Made by a program: the position numbers and the translations under genes. The notes beneath the pieces were generated by a model. That model was not told the origin of the DNA, did no database searches, and was given only the letters and a program-made list of their open reading frames with translations. A stretch of 64,000 nucleotides of DNA, taken from the NCBI GenBank assembly GCA_025454795.1, contig JALONT010000012.1:6569-70568 (forward strand), in the 5' to 3' direction. Source of the stretch: Bacteroidales bacterium (GTDB taxonomy: Bacteria > Bacteroidota > Bacteroidia > Bacteroidales > VadinHA17). Of the stretch, positions 44,950-55,767 are shown one piece after another. The stretch's first letter is position 1. Each line of letters begins with the position of its first letter.

Positions 44950-46515
44950 ATGATCATGAAACGTGGAGATTTAATCGCTGATTTACAGCGCAACAAAAAC
45001 ACCGGATGTGATATAATAGTGATCGGAGGCGGGGCCAGCGGATTAGGTATTGCCCTGGATGCAGCAACAAGAGGTTACAAAACACTTTTACTTGAACAAT
45101 ATGACTTTGCAAAAGGGACTTCATCACGAAGTACAAAGCTGGTTCACGGAGGAGTTCGCTATCTTGCACAGGGCGATATCCTTCTGGTAACGGAAGCATT
45201 GCATGAACGGGGAAGGATTTTAAAGAATGCCCCTCATCTTACAGCAAACCAGGAGTTTATCATTCCTGTCTATTCTCTGTGGGATGTGATTTTATATACG
45301 GTTGGATTAACTTTTTATGATCTTCTTGCCGGAAGGCTGAGTCTGGGCAGATCATATTTCATCAGCCGTTCCAGGGCCATTGCACGGCTGCCTCTTCTCA
45401 GAAAAGAAGGGCTGAAAGGTGGAATTGTTTACCGGGATGGACAGTTTGATGATTCCAGACTGGCGATTGCCCTCGCCAAAACCTGTGTGGACAAAGGCGG
45501 GACCGTACTTAATTATTTCAAAGTCATTGGTTTTCTGAAGAATGGAGATGGGAGAATAACAGGTGTCACTGCAAAAGATCAGCAGATAGGAGAGGAAATA
45601 ACACTAAATTCAAAACTGGTGATTAATGCTACAGGCGTTTTTGCAGATGAGATCCACCGGATGGATGATCCCGGTTCAAAACCAACTATCCGTCCAAGCC
45701 AGGGAGTTCATGTGGTACTGGATAGCTCTTTTCTTCAGAGCAGTTCAGCAATAATGATCCCTAAAACTGATGATGGCAGGGTACTGTTCGCAATCCCATG
45801 GTATGGGAAAATCGTTGTCGGAACAACTGATACACCCCTTGATGAAATAACACCCGAACCTAAAGCACTCGATACTGAAATAGATTTCATCCTGAAAACT
45901 GCAGGCAAATATCTTACAAGGGCTCCCTCAAGGAAAGATGTTCTGTGTATCTTTGCAGGACTAAGGCCTCTGGCGGCGGATCCTGATAACCCTTTGTCAA
46001 CGAAAGAGGTATCACGAAGACACAAGATCACCCTTTCAAAATCAGGCCTTTTATCAATTATTGGCGGGAAATGGACGTCATACCGCCGGATGGCTGAAGA
46101 GACTATCGAAAAAGGGATAAATGCAGGGATCCTTGAGAAGAGAAAATGCATTACAAAAGATCTCAGGTTAATTTCAAACGAAGCAGCGCTAAGATCGGAC
46201 CGTCTGAAGATCTATGGCGATAATGCAGACGAAATTGAAGAGCTGATAGAGGAACAACCATCACTCGGAGAGCCTCTTCACATTTCTCTCCCTTATACAA
46301 GAGCTGAAATAATCTGGATCTGCAGGAACGAAATGCCTTTAACCCTCGAGGATATACTGGCAAGAAGGACGAGGGCATTGTTTCTCGATACGAAGGCAAG
46401 CATTGAAATTGCACCTGCTGTTGCATCCATTATGACAAAGGAACTTGGATTAAGCACCAGCTGGGAAAAAGAACAAATTGAAACTTATAATCAACTGGTA
46501 TTAAATTATTTATAA
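44950..46515 (+). CDS. glpD: FAD-dependent glycerol-3-phosphate dehydrogenase
   Basis: DIIVIGGGASGLGIALDAATRG FAD motif and GTSSRSTKLVHGGVRYL; 521 aa. Confidence 0.9.
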   Translation: MIMKRGDLIADLQRNKNTGCDIIVIGGGASGLGIALDAATRGYKTLLLEQYDFAKGTSSRSTKLVHGGVRYLAQGDILLVTEALHERGRILKNAPHLTANQEFIIPVYSLWDVILYTVGLTFYDLLAGRLSLGRSYFISRSRAIARLPLLRKEGLKGGIVYRDGQFDDSRLAIALAKTCVDKGGTVLNYFKVIGFLKNGDGRITGVTAKDQQIGEEITLNSKLVINATGVFADEIHRMDDPGSKPTIRPSQGVHVVLDSSFLQSSSAIMIPKTDDGRVLFAIPWYGKIVVGTTDTPLDEITPEPKALDTEIDFILKTAGKYLTRAPSRKDVLCIFAGLRPLAADPDNPLSTKEVSRRHKITLSKSGLLSIIGGKWTSYRRMAEETIEKGINAGILEKRKCITKDLRLISNEAALRSDRLKIYGDNADEIEELIEEQPSLGEPLHISLPYTRAEIIWICRNEMPLTLEDILARRTRALFLDTKASIEIAPAVASIMTKELGLSTSWEKEQIETYNQLVLNYL

Positions 46516-46545
46516 ATACGGGTCTATTATTTTATTCTCACAGAC

Positions 46546-48039
46546 ATGAAAAAATTCATTCTTTCACTTGACCAGGGAACTACCAGTTCAAGAGCAATAA
46601 TATTTGACAGGAAAGGATTGCCGGTTTCAACAGCACAAAAAGAATTCACACAGTATTATCCTGAACCTGGCCGTGTTGAGCACAATCCGGAAGAGATATG
46701 GTCAACTCAGGCCGGAGTCGCCACGGAAGCAATCACCAAAGCAGGACTGGAAAGCGTAAACATTGCTGCAATCGGCATTACCAACCAGAGAGAGACGACA
46801 GTAGTCTGGAACAGAAAGACAGGCAAGCCGGTTTATAATGCTATTGTCTGGCAGGACAGGCGAACTGCTGACTTTTGCGACCGCCTGAAAAACGAGGGTT
46901 ATGATCAGATAATACTAGAAAAGACAGGACTTATAGTAGATGCATATTTCTCCGCTACAAAGGTCAGATGGATACTCGATAATGTAAGTGGCGCCAGTGA
47001 GATGGCAAACAGGGGAGAGCTTGCGTTAGGGACAATTGATTCATGGCTGGTGTGGAATCTTACTCGCGGGAAGCTTCATGTTACTGATGTTTCGAATGCA
47101 TCCCGGACAATGATATTTAATATCCATAGTTTAAAATGGGATGATGAGCTGCTTAAAATATTTGATATTCCGGCAAGTATGCTGCCCGAGGTAAAATCAT
47201 CAAGTGAAACATACGGGGAAGCTTCGGGGATTTTTTCAACACCCATTCCTGTTGCCGGTATTGCAGGCGACCAGCAGGCAGCTCTCTTCGGCCAGATGTG
47301 TGTCGACCCCGGGATGGTGAAAACCACTTATGGAACAGGCTGTTTTATGATGATGAACATAGGGACAAAACCTATTAAATCAAAAAACAGGTTGTTGACA
47401 ACCATAGCATGGAAGATTGGGAACAAAACTGATTACGCACTTGAAGGCAGCATTTTTATAGGCGGAGCAGTTGTCCAGTGGCTGCGCGACAGTCTTGGAA
47501 TTATTAAAAAATCAGCTGATGTTGAGAAGCTTGCAGCAAAAGTTAAGGACAGTGAAGGAGTCTATTTTGTTCCCGCTTTTGCGGGACTGGGAGCGCCCTA
47601 CTGGAATCAGCATGCAAGAGGATCAATAACAGGGATCACACGAGGATCAATGTCAGCACATATCGCCAGGGCGGCCCTCGACAGTATTGCTTACCAGACC
47701 CTTGAGGTACTGCTGGCAATGAATAAAGATTCAGGAATTGAAATTAAAGAACTCAGGGTTGACGGAGGTGCAACATTAAATAATAGCCTGATGCAGTTTC
47801 AGACCGATCTCCTGCAGGCAAATGTTGTGCGCCCGAGGATAACCGAAACAACGGCTCTCGGTGCTGCCTATCTGGCAGGACTTGCTGTAAACTACTGGGC
47901 TGACCTTAATGAGATAAGACAGCAATGGCAGGTTGACCGGACTTTCATACCTGGCATAAAACCTGAAGAAACTCATTCTCTGATAAAAGGCTGGCAGCGT
48001 GCAGTAAAAGCTGCAACAACATGGGCTGATGATAAATAA
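46546..48039 (+). CDS. glpK: glycerol kinase
   Basis: [26 protein letters not shown], and full-length FGGY kinase collinearity. Confidence 0.95.
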   Translation: MKKFILSLDQGTTSSRAIIFDRKGLPVSTAQKEFTQYYPEPGRVEHNPEEIWSTQAGVATEAITKAGLESVNIAAIGITNQRETTVVWNRKTGKPVYNAIVWQDRRTADFCDRLKNEGYDQIILEKTGLIVDAYFSATKVRWILDNVSGASEMANRGELALGTIDSWLVWNLTRGKLHVTDVSNASRTMIFNIHSLKWDDELLKIFDIPASMLPEVKSSSETYGEASGIFSTPIPVAGIAGDQQAALFGQMCVDPGMVKTTYGTGCFMMMNIGTKPIKSKNRLLTTIAWKIGNKTDYALEGSIFIGGAVVQWLRDSLGIIKKSADVEKLAAKVKDSEGVYFVPAFAGLGAPYWNQHARGSITGITRGSMSAHIARAALDSIAYQTLEVLLAMNKDSGIEIKELRVDGGATLNNSLMQFQTDLLQANVVRPRITETTALGAAYLAGLAVNYWADLNEIRQQWQVDRTFIPGIKPEETHSLIKGWQRAVKAATTWADDK

Positions 48040-48132
48040 GGGGATGAAAGGCTCAAGACTCATAACTCACGGCAATCCAATAATCAAAAACCAGAAGTCG
48101 GAAGTCAAAAGAAAACTCTAAACTTTTAAAAT

Positions 48133-48846
48133 ATGAACCAGTTTTTTGCAGAATTTTTCGGTACAGCCATGATCATTGTTTTAGGTGGAGGAGTAGTATC
48201 CATTGTTCTTCTCAGTAAGACCAAAGGCAACAACAGCGGATGGATCGTCATCACATTCGGATGGGCAGTCGGAGTATTTACCGGAGTGCTGATAGCGGCA
48301 CCTGTAAGCGGCGCTCATCTGAATCCGGCCGTAACCCTTGACCTCGTGCTTGCACATAAATTTTCACCATCGCTTATGCCTTTATATATAAGTGCATAAC
48401 TTCTTGGTGCAATGTTCGGAGCCGGACTGGTATGGCGTGCCTATAAAAAGCACTTTGATGCAACGGATGATGCAGATGCAAAGCTTGCAGTTTTCTGTAC
48501 TACACCGAATATCAGGAGCTACTGGTATAATGTTGTAACAGAAATAATCGGAACCTACGTTCTTGCGCTGGCTGTTCTTTATATGGCAGCACCGGAAGTT
48601 GGACTTGGTGCACTAAATGCACTTCCTGTGGCTATCGTTGTTCTTGGTATAGGACTTTCATTGGGAGGACCTACCGGGTACGCAATAAATCCGGCACGTG
48701 ATCCTGGGCCACGTCTCATGCACTTTTTCCTGCCTTTACCACGCAAAAGAGACAGTGACTGGAAATACTCATGGGTGCCAATCCTCGGTCCAATGGTCGG
48801 AGCATCGCTGGCAGCTGTTATGTTCGTTTTGTTCGGTGGAGTATAA
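48133..48846 (+). pseudogene. glpF: glycerol uptake facilitator (MIP/aquaporin) interrupted by one in-frame TAA
   Basis: ORFs 48133-48399 and 48412-48846 are in the same frame. NPAVT lies in the first half and NPARD in the second. The TAA at 48397-48399 sits where aquaporins carry the conserved Gln (YISA*LLGAMFGAGLV versus ..SQVAGAF.. in E. coli GlpF). Confidence 0.85.
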
Positions 48847-48876
48847 TACCGGCAATGTAACTATTAAAGACGATCC

Positions 48877-49398
48877 TTACTGACAATCATGGGCAACCCT
48901 GATAATTGGTTTCACATCATAGCCATTGTCTGTTGCCTTTTTGAGCAGCATATTATAGGTCGATTCTTCCATCTTCTTTTCCCTGCAAAGAATCCACAGG
49001 TATTTCATTGTGGGATCACCAACAAGAGCATATCTGTAATCTTTGTCCAGGTCAAGAATCCAGTAATCACCCCTGAAGGGCCAGAAGAACTGAACCTTCA
49101 GCTTTGCCGGGACATTTTTATCAGGAATCCATGCGACAGCTTTTGCCGAACTCTTTTTCCCCGGATTGTTAATGTTTTGCCCCTGGTTCAGAACTGTTAT
49201 TTTTCCGTCTTCACGTAAAGTATAGGTGGCGGTTATGCATTTCAGATTCCGTTCAAAGGAGTTGGGCAATCTGGCAATCTCGTACCAGGTTCCGGCATAT
49301 CTTTTCAGGTCAATAGATAAAACAACGTTTGGAACATTTTGTGAATTTACTGCTGAGAATAACATAGATAAAAAGATTATGAGTATTGTTTTTTTCAT
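48877..49398 (-). CDS. blc: bacterial lipocalin (Blc-like)
   Basis: Signal peptide plus the lipocalin signature GTWYEIARLPNSFE. Confidence 0.85.
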   Translation of the reverse strand: MKKTILIIFLSMLFSAVNSQNVPNVVLSIDLKRYAGTWYEIARLPNSFERNLKCITATYTLREDGKITVLNQGQNINNPGKKSSAKAVAWIPDKNVPAKLKVQFFWPFRGDYWILDLDKDYRYALVGDPTMKYLWILCREKKMEESTYNMLLKKATDNGYDVKPIIRVAHDCQ

Positions 49399-49491
49399 AT
49401 TACCATATATATAATTTAAAACAATACCAAAAGTACTACTTTATGAAGAAATACAGAACCCTGACCTGATATGACTCTGCCTTTTCTTAAC

Positions 49492-50505
49492 TTAAAGAAC
49501 CTCAGTCAGTTTTACGGGGCGATTTTCCAGGAGTGATTTCTTTGCTGCCAATGCAACAGCAACAGCAACTAATCCGTCATTGCCGGATTCTGAAAGGGGC
49601 AGATCTTTAATGACTGCATTACAAAACATTTTCATTTCAGTGGTAAATGCCTCAATATACCTGTCCATGAAGAAATTCAACGGCAGTGATCTGTGCACAC
49701 CATCACTGGCAAAATAGAAGTGATTATCAGGGAAATTATTGTCAGCACATAGCATACCTTTCGAACCAAATATTTCAACTCTCTGGTCGTATCCGTATAC
49801 TGCCTTCCGGCTGTTGTCGATGACTCCGATTGCCCCATTGGTAAAGGTGAGCAAAATTACTGCTGTGTCTACATCACCTGCTTTGCCGATTTCAGGATCA
49901 ACCAGCACTGCAGCTTTTGTGAATACCTCAGTAACTTCGCTTCCGGTAATATATCTGGCCATATCAAAATCGTGTATGGTCATGTCCATGAACATACCCC
50001 CCGATGCTTCAATATATCCGGGATGAGGAGGAGTCGGATCACGTGAAGTGATCTTTAGAATGTGAGGATCGCCAATTTTTCCTTCAGCAACCAGCTGCTT
50101 GATCTTCAGAAAATTAGGATCAAAACGACGATTAAATCCTATCATCAGCTTAACACCTGCCTTTTCAACAGCCTTTAATGATCCTTTGATGACATCAAGA
50201 GAAAGGGCAATAGGTTTTTCACAAAAAATATGTTTTCCGACGTTGGCTGCATCTATAATATATTGTGCATGCGTATCTGTCGGAGAACAGATAGCAACGG
50301 CATCAACTTCGGGAAGATTGAATACGTCTTTATAGTTGCTGAATACCTTATTTATTCCGAAATTCTTCGCTACTTCTTTTGCACTAACAAGATTAGTGTC
50401 AGCAATTGCAACTAATTCAGCTTGAGGAACACTCTGAACCATTGTTGCAATATGGACCTTGCCAATTCTTCCGGTACCTATTACTCCAAGTTTTAGTTTT
50501 TTCAT
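49492..50505 (-). CDS. iolG: inositol 2-dehydrogenase (Gfo/Idh/MocA, cytoplasmic)
   Basis: Start at MKKLKLGVIGTGRIG. CEKP and GFNRRFDPNF motifs. Sits within the iol gene context. Confidence 0.85.
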   Translation of the reverse strand: MKKLKLGVIGTGRIGKVHIATMVQSVPQAELVAIADTNLVSAKEVAKNFGINKVFSNYKDVFNLPEVDAVAICSPTDTHAQYIIDAANVGKHIFCEKPIALSLDVIKGSLKAVEKAGVKLMIGFNRRFDPNFLKIKQLVAEGKIGDPHILKITSRDPTPPHPGYIEASGGMFMDMTIHDFDMARYITGSEVTEVFTKAAVLVDPEIGKAGDVDTAVILLTFTNGAIGVIDNSRKAVYGYDQRVEIFGSKGMLCADNNFPDNHFYFASDGVHRSLPLNFFMDRYIEAFTTEMKMFCNAVIKDLPLSESGNDGLVAVAVALAAKKSLLENRPVKLTEVL

Positions 50506-50539
50506 TTTATAAATTTTAAGGTTCAATTAGTTATTGATA

Positions 50540-51439
50540 TTATAAGCCAAGAGATTTAATAAACTCCCTGTTGTGTTGTGCACAAACTTTTGGATTTCCC
50601 ATCCCGGGGAGGACATCCTGCTCAACAACTATCCAACCGGAGTACCTCTGTGCTTTGAGCTTCTTGACAATAGCTTTGAAATCGACCGATCCCTTTCCAA
50701 GCTCACAAAAAACGCCATTGGCAACGGATTTAAAATAATCCCATCCTTCAGCCCTGGATTTTTCTGCCGCACCCGGATGGCAATCTTTGAAATGGATATG
50801 CCATATCCTGTTCCTGTGCTCTTTCAGCGCTTCAACAGGATTTCCACCTCCAAACATATAGTGACCCATATCGAGAACAAGACCAACAAGAGAGGGATCA
50901 GTTAGGGAAAGCAGATTGTCAATTTCAGCAGGTGTTTCCACATACCCTGCACAATGATGGTGAAAGACAGTTCGAAGACCTGTTCTGGATTTTACTTCAG
51001 ATGCAACAAGATTTGCTCCTTCAGCAAAAATTTTCCACTCATCTTTGCTGAGTCCCGTTGATGGAGTTACTCTTCCTGCATTCAATGTCCGTTCTTTCAC
51101 GCTTCCGTTTTTATCGGCAAGAACGATAAAAGCATCACTATAACCCGCATCAGCCATCAGCTTTGCAGTTTTTACTGCTGTTTCGGCACCCGCAGCATGT
51201 TTTGACCTGTCCTTCATAAAAACCGGGACAAACGCTCCAACCATTGAAAGTGATCGTTTGTCGAGCTCCTTTTTTAATTTAAAAGGTATTGTCGGCATAA
51301 AACCCCAGTCGCCAAGCTCAGAGCCTTCATAACCGGTTTCCCGGATTTCATCAAGAACCTGTTCAAATCCGGCAGCTTTACCACCCAGATCAAATTCGAG
51401 GACACCCCATGAACAAGGGGCATTGGCAATTTTTATCAT
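50540..51439 (-). CDS. iolE: myo-inosose-2 dehydratase-like TIM barrel
   Basis: FHHH..G..ET..E, D.GH, HIHFKD and YSGWIVVEQD align with my recollection of B. subtilis IolE. The N-terminal half is less similar. Confidence 0.7.
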   Translation of the reverse strand: MIKIANAPCSWGVLEFDLGGKAAGFEQVLDEIRETGYEGSELGDWGFMPTIPFKLKKELDKRSLSMVGAFVPVFMKDRSKHAAGAETAVKTAKLMADAGYSDAFIVLADKNGSVKERTLNAGRVTPSTGLSKDEWKIFAEGANLVASEVKSRTGLRTVFHHHCAGYVETPAEIDNLLSLTDPSLVGLVLDMGHYMFGGGNPVEALKEHRNRIWHIHFKDCHPGAAEKSRAEGWDYFKSVANGVFCELGKGSVDFKAIVKKLKAQRYSGWIVVEQDVLPGMGNPKVCAQHNREFIKSLGL

Positions 51440-51476
51440 AGTAAATTGAAATTAGAAAAACATTTATATTGTTTTA

Positions 51477-52949
51477 TTAAAACTTTCTTGTCCATTCATC
51501 GTGCCAGCGCTCAATGACCACCTTTGTCTGGGTATAAAATTCTACAGCGTGAAAAGATTGTCCATGGAGATCTCCAAAGAAGCTTTCTTTCCAACCGCTG
51601 AAAGGGAAGAATGCCATGGGTGCTGCAATCCCAATGTTCACCCCGATATTGCCTGCCTGAGCATCGTGCCTGAATTTTCTGGCTGCAGCTCCGCTGGTGG
51701 TAAAGATGCTGGCAGCATTACCATGAACGCTATCATTTGTCAATTTTATTGCATCATCCAGTGAATCAACATTATTGATGATAATTACCGGACCGAATAT
51801 TTCTGTTTTGTACAATTCACTTTCAATATCAACACTCCCTAATATTGTTGGGCCAATAAAGTTTCCATCTTCACATCCAGGAACTTTAATATTTCTTCCG
51901 TCGAGTAATAGTTTTGCACCGTCATCAATACCCTTTTGTATCAGTTTTTCAATCCGCTCCTTACTCTCCATAGTAATAACCGGTCCTATTTCCACACCAT
52001 TTGTCATCCCGTTTCCAATTTTCTTTGATTTTGAGGCTTTGATAATTTTTTCAGTAAAGATTTCTCCGGCCTTCCCGACAGTCAGAATAATCGCAACAGC
52101 AAGACATCTCTGTCCTGCACATCCATAAGCACTGTCGGTAATAATTTTAACGGTAGCATCTACATCAGCATCAGGCATTATAACTACCGGATTCTTTGCA
52201 CCTCCCAGAGCCTGAACCCGTTTTCCATGGGCAGTGCCGGTTTTATATATGTATTTTGCTATAGGGGTAGAACCCACAAAACTAACTGCCTTAATATAAG
52301 GATGTTCGAGAATTGCATCGACGGTTGCCTTACCGCCATGAACCATATTCAAAACTCCTGCGGGCAGGTTTAATTCCTCAAATAATTCGAAGACGCGGTT
52401 CATTGTTCGAGGTACTTTCCCTGAAGGCTTTATTATATATGTATTACCGCAGGCAATAGCATAAGGCATGAACCAGAACGGTATCATAACCGGGAAATTG
52501 AATGGAGAGATACTTGCGCCAACGCCCAATGGCTGGCGTATATAATACTCATCAACGCCGACAGCTATATCTTCAGAAAAATCACTCTGCAGAAGTGTCG
52601 GTATACCACAGGCTACCTCAATATTTTCAATGGCACGAGCTAATTCCCCTTTGGATTCTGCAAAAGTCTTGCCACATTCACTGGTACATATTTCAGCGAT
52701 CTCATCTGAGTTTTTTTCCAGGATCTGTTTCATCTTAAAGAGATACTGTACGCGCTGAGTGGGAGGCTTATTACGCCATGACCACCATGCCTGATGAGCA
52801 CTCTCTGCTGCATCATCAATATCCTCTTTTGATCCTGCAGGAACCTTTGCAAGACATTCACCGGTAGCCGGATTTAAAACATCCCGGACTTTTGATTCCT
52901 TGCTATCACACCATTGTCCGTTAATGAAGTTTTTTAAAATTCTTGTCAT
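51477..52949 (-). CDS. iolA: CoA-acylating (methyl)malonate-semialdehyde dehydrogenase
   Basis: ALDH fold with the catalytic Cys context GCAGQRCLA; 490 aa; iol gene context. Confidence 0.9.
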   Translation of the reverse strand: MTRILKNFINGQWCDSKESKVRDVLNPATGECLAKVPAGSKEDIDDAAESAHQAWWSWRNKPPTQRVQYLFKMKQILEKNSDEIAEICTSECGKTFAESKGELARAIENIEVACGIPTLLQSDFSEDIAVGVDEYYIRQPLGVGASISPFNFPVMIPFWFMPYAIACGNTYIIKPSGKVPRTMNRVFELFEELNLPAGVLNMVHGGKATVDAILEHPYIKAVSFVGSTPIAKYIYKTGTAHGKRVQALGGAKNPVVIMPDADVDATVKIITDSAYGCAGQRCLAVAIILTVGKAGEIFTEKIIKASKSKKIGNGMTNGVEIGPVITMESKERIEKLIQKGIDDGAKLLLDGRNIKVPGCEDGNFIGPTILGSVDIESELYKTEIFGPVIIINNVDSLDDAIKLTNDSVHGNAASIFTTSGAAARKFRHDAQAGNIGVNIGIAAPMAFFPFSGWKESFFGDLHGQSFHAVEFYTQTKVVIERWHDEWTRKF

Positions 52950-52981
52950 ATAATTATATTATTTATTGTTATCAGTTTATT

Positions 52982-54841
52982 TTACAGGAAGTACCTCTGT
53001 TTCTTCTTATTCTCGATGTAGCTCTGATAAGCTTTCTTAACTGTATCTTTTTCAGCGACCTCTGCAACAGCTACTTCCCACCAGGCGTATCCCGGAATGC
53101 CTTTATAGAGATCAGTATCAATAGTTATAACAGTTGTCACAGCCTGTTTTTTAGCTTCTGCAAGAGCATTTTTTAAAGACTTAATATCAGTCGCTTTAAT
53201 AACATGTGCTCCAAGACTTTGTGCATTTTGTGCAAAATCGACAGGAAGAGTATCTCCTGTCAGTAATCCGGATTTTTCGTCGCGGTAGCGGTATTTCGTA
53301 CCGAAGCGCTTCGATCCTATCGATTCGGACAATCCTCCAATACTGCCGAATCCATTGTTATTCAGAAGGATAATTATAACTTTAATTCCTTCCTGGATTG
53401 CTGTTACGATTTCATTATTCATCATGAGATAGTTGCCATCACCAACCATGACATAAATCTCACGGTCAGGGCAGGCCATTTTTGCACCAATTCCTGCTGC
53501 ACATTCATATCCCATAGTTGAGTAACCATATTCAAGATGAAAACCTTTTGGATCCAGTGTCCTCCAGAGCTTATGGAGATCTCCGGGTAAACTTCCGGCA
53601 GCGCAAAGCACAACGTCGCGGGGTTCTGCAAACTCATTAACAGCACCAACAACTTCAGCCTGTGAAACCGGGAGATCCCCCGTGACCTTACAGAATTCGC
53701 TGACCTGTTTATCCCAGGTTTTATTTGAATTGGCAGCGCGTGTCATATATTCATCTGAAACCCTGAATCCGGCTAATAAGCTTAAGAGTTCCTCAAGGCA
53801 TACTTTAGCATCACCAGTTACAGGCAGTGCAGAGTGCTTATACGAATCGAATTCAGCAATATTAATGTTAATGAATTTTACATCAGGATTCTGGAAGGCG
53901 GTTTTTGACGCAGTTGTAAAATCGCTGTAACGTGTTCCGATACCGATAATAAGATCAGCCTCTGAAGTAAATTCATTTGCGCCGGGAGTTCCTGTCACAC
54001 CCACAGCCCCAAGGTTTAAATGGTGGTTATAAGGGAGCGAACCTTTCCCTGCAAAGGTCTCAGTAACGGGGATCCCGCATTGTTCAATAAGATTAATCAG
54101 GGCTTCCGTTGCCTGGCTGTATATCACTCCGCCGCCGGCCACAATGACTGGTTTTGTTGAAGATTTGATCATTGCAGCAGCTTTTTCTAAGATGGAAGAA
54201 TCAGGTCTGGGCCTTGCAATCCTCCAAACCCTTTTCAGAAACAGCTCTTCCGGAAAGTTAAAAGCTTCTGCCTGCACATCCTGTGGTAACGCCAGGGTGA
54301 CAGCTCCGGTATCCGAAGGTGATGTAAGTACTCTCATCACCTCAGGAAGAGAAGTAATTATTTGTTCAGGCCGGTTAATCCTGTCCCAGTATTTTGACAC
54401 CGGTTTAAAACAATCATTCACTGAAATATCCTGTGAATCAGATGATTCAAGCTGTTGTAAAACAGGTGCAACATTGCGACGTGCAAAAATATCACCAGGC
54501 ATAAGCAGCACTGGTAACCTGTTGATTGTTGCACAGGCTGCCCCGGTTATCATGTTTGTTGCGCCGGGACCAATTGAGGAGATACATGCAAAAGCACCCA
54601 GGCGGTTCTTCATTTTCGCATAAGCTGTAGCAATATGCACTGAAGCCTGTTCGTTTCTGGTCATATAATAACGGAAATCGGGATTTTCCATCAGTCCTTC
54701 ACCAACTCCGGCCACAATACCATGGCCGAATATTCCCAGGCAGCCGGCAAAAAACTGATTTTCAATACCGTCCCTTTCAACATACTGGTTTTTCAGAAAT
54801 CTGACAATTGCCTGTCCGACAGTAAACCGATTTGTTTGCAT
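52982..54841 (-). CDS. iolD: 3D-(3,5/4)-trihydroxycyclohexane-1,2-dione acylhydrolase (ThDP-dependent)
   Basis: N-terminus FTVGQAIVRFLKNQYVERDG...IFGHG parallels B. subtilis IolD; GDG..LM ThDP motif; 619 aa. Confidence 0.9.
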   Translation of the reverse strand: MQTNRFTVGQAIVRFLKNQYVERDGIENQFFAGCLGIFGHGIVAGVGEGLMENPDFRYYMTRNEQASVHIATAYAKMKNRLGAFACISSIGPGATNMITGAACATINRLPVLLMPGDIFARRNVAPVLQQLESSDSQDISVNDCFKPVSKYWDRINRPEQIITSLPEVMRVLTSPSDTGAVTLALPQDVQAEAFNFPEELFLKRVWRIARPRPDSSILEKAAAMIKSSTKPVIVAGGGVIYSQATEALINLIEQCGIPVTETFAGKGSLPYNHHLNLGAVGVTGTPGANEFTSEADLIIGIGTRYSDFTTASKTAFQNPDVKFININIAEFDSYKHSALPVTGDAKVCLEELLSLLAGFRVSDEYMTRAANSNKTWDKQVSEFCKVTGDLPVSQAEVVGAVNEFAEPRDVVLCAAGSLPGDLHKLWRTLDPKGFHLEYGYSTMGYECAAGIGAKMACPDREIYVMVGDGNYLMMNNEIVTAIQEGIKVIIILLNNNGFGSIGGLSESIGSKRFGTKYRYRDEKSGLLTGDTLPVDFAQNAQSLGAHVIKATDIKSLKNALAEAKKQAVTTVITIDTDLYKGIPGYAWWEVAVAEVAEKDTVKKAYQSYIENKKKQRYFL

Positions 54842-54863
54842 AATCTTTAGTCCTTATTAATAA

Positions 54864-55757
54864 TTACTTACCATTCATTTCAATTGTCACAACCGGGATT
54901 CTGGGATCCATCCCTTTCCATGTTCCATAAATCCATTTATGATCAGGATCATCTGTACTTTTCAGGCTCTGGTCACTTCCTGCAAGAAAATTAAGATAAT
55001 AGACATTGTATCCGTGTCCGGCAACAACAGGGTGGTATCCTTCAGGTATCAGAACCACATCATTATTATGTGCTTCAGCTATTTCATCCAGGCTGCGATC
55101 ATCATTATATACCTTCTGAATTGCAAATCCCTGGGGTTTATCGGTCTTATAAAAATAGATCTCTTCCAGGCTTGCTTCAATAAGTTTGCCCGTAACCGGA
55201 TCAGTTTTCCTGGTGTCGTGCTTATGAGCAGGGAATGAGCTCCAGTTTCCTGAAGGCGTATAAACCTCAACACATACCAGACGGCTGCATTCAGATCCCG
55301 GAGGTAATATGCTGTTTATCTGACGACTGGCATTATCTCCACCCCGGAATTCAATGCCCATATTAACAATGTCAGCAGGAGATATCAACCTGGCCGGGAA
55401 ATTCTTTTCCGCAATGCTCCAGCCACAAGCGATATCAAGAAAATCACCGGCAGGAGAAATTTCAAATTCAGTATGAGGAGGAAGATATAATGCATGAGGG
55501 AGTCCGCTGAATACATTTTTTCTTCCATCTGAGGTTACCCAGGTACCAGCAGATGTTTCTGCCAGTAAATTGCCTCCCATCAGCACAAACAGGTATTCAC
55601 ATCCTCCTGTTTTTCCGGTCCATTTTTGTGATGGCTTTATTGTTCTTGCTGTAAAATTCAATAGATTCCAGCCTGCTTCATCTGCAGTTATCTCCTGGTA
55701 GATTTCTTTATCCAAGGATGATCTTACCAGTACCCGGCATTTTTTATCCCTTTTCAT
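54864..55757 (-). CDS. iolB: 5-deoxy-glucuronate isomerase
   Basis: VEVYTPSGNWSSFPAHKHD...GYHPV...YYLNFLAG closely parallels B. subtilis IolB. Confidence 0.9.
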   Translation of the reverse strand: MKRDKKCRVLVRSSLDKEIYQEITADEAGWNLLNFTARTIKPSQKWTGKTGGCEYLFVLMGGNLLAETSAGTWVTSDGRKNVFSGLPHALYLPPHTEFEISPAGDFLDIACGWSIAEKNFPARLISPADIVNMGIEFRGGDNASRQINSILPPGSECSRLVCVEVYTPSGNWSSFPAHKHDTRKTDPVTGKLIEASLEEIYFYKTDKPQGFAIQKVYNDDRSLDEIAEAHNNDVVLIPEGYHPVVAGHGYNVYYLNFLAGSDQSLKSTDDPDHKWIYGTWKGMDPRIPVVTIEMNGK

Positions 55758-55767
55758 GAATTAGTTT

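Noticed and set aside
48040-48132. Short AGAAGTC GGAAGTC periodicity between glpK and glpF, as another heptamer array
   Set aside because: Only two clear units are present. That is too little to distinguish from chance.
48397-48399. TAA reassigned as a sense (Gln) codon, i.e. an alternative genetic code
   Set aside because: TAA terminates many well-conserved full-length genes in this window at the expected positions, for example purD at 4309-4311, the GxxExxY gene at 20803-20805 and folK. A single nonsense mutation or a sequencing error is far more parsimonious.
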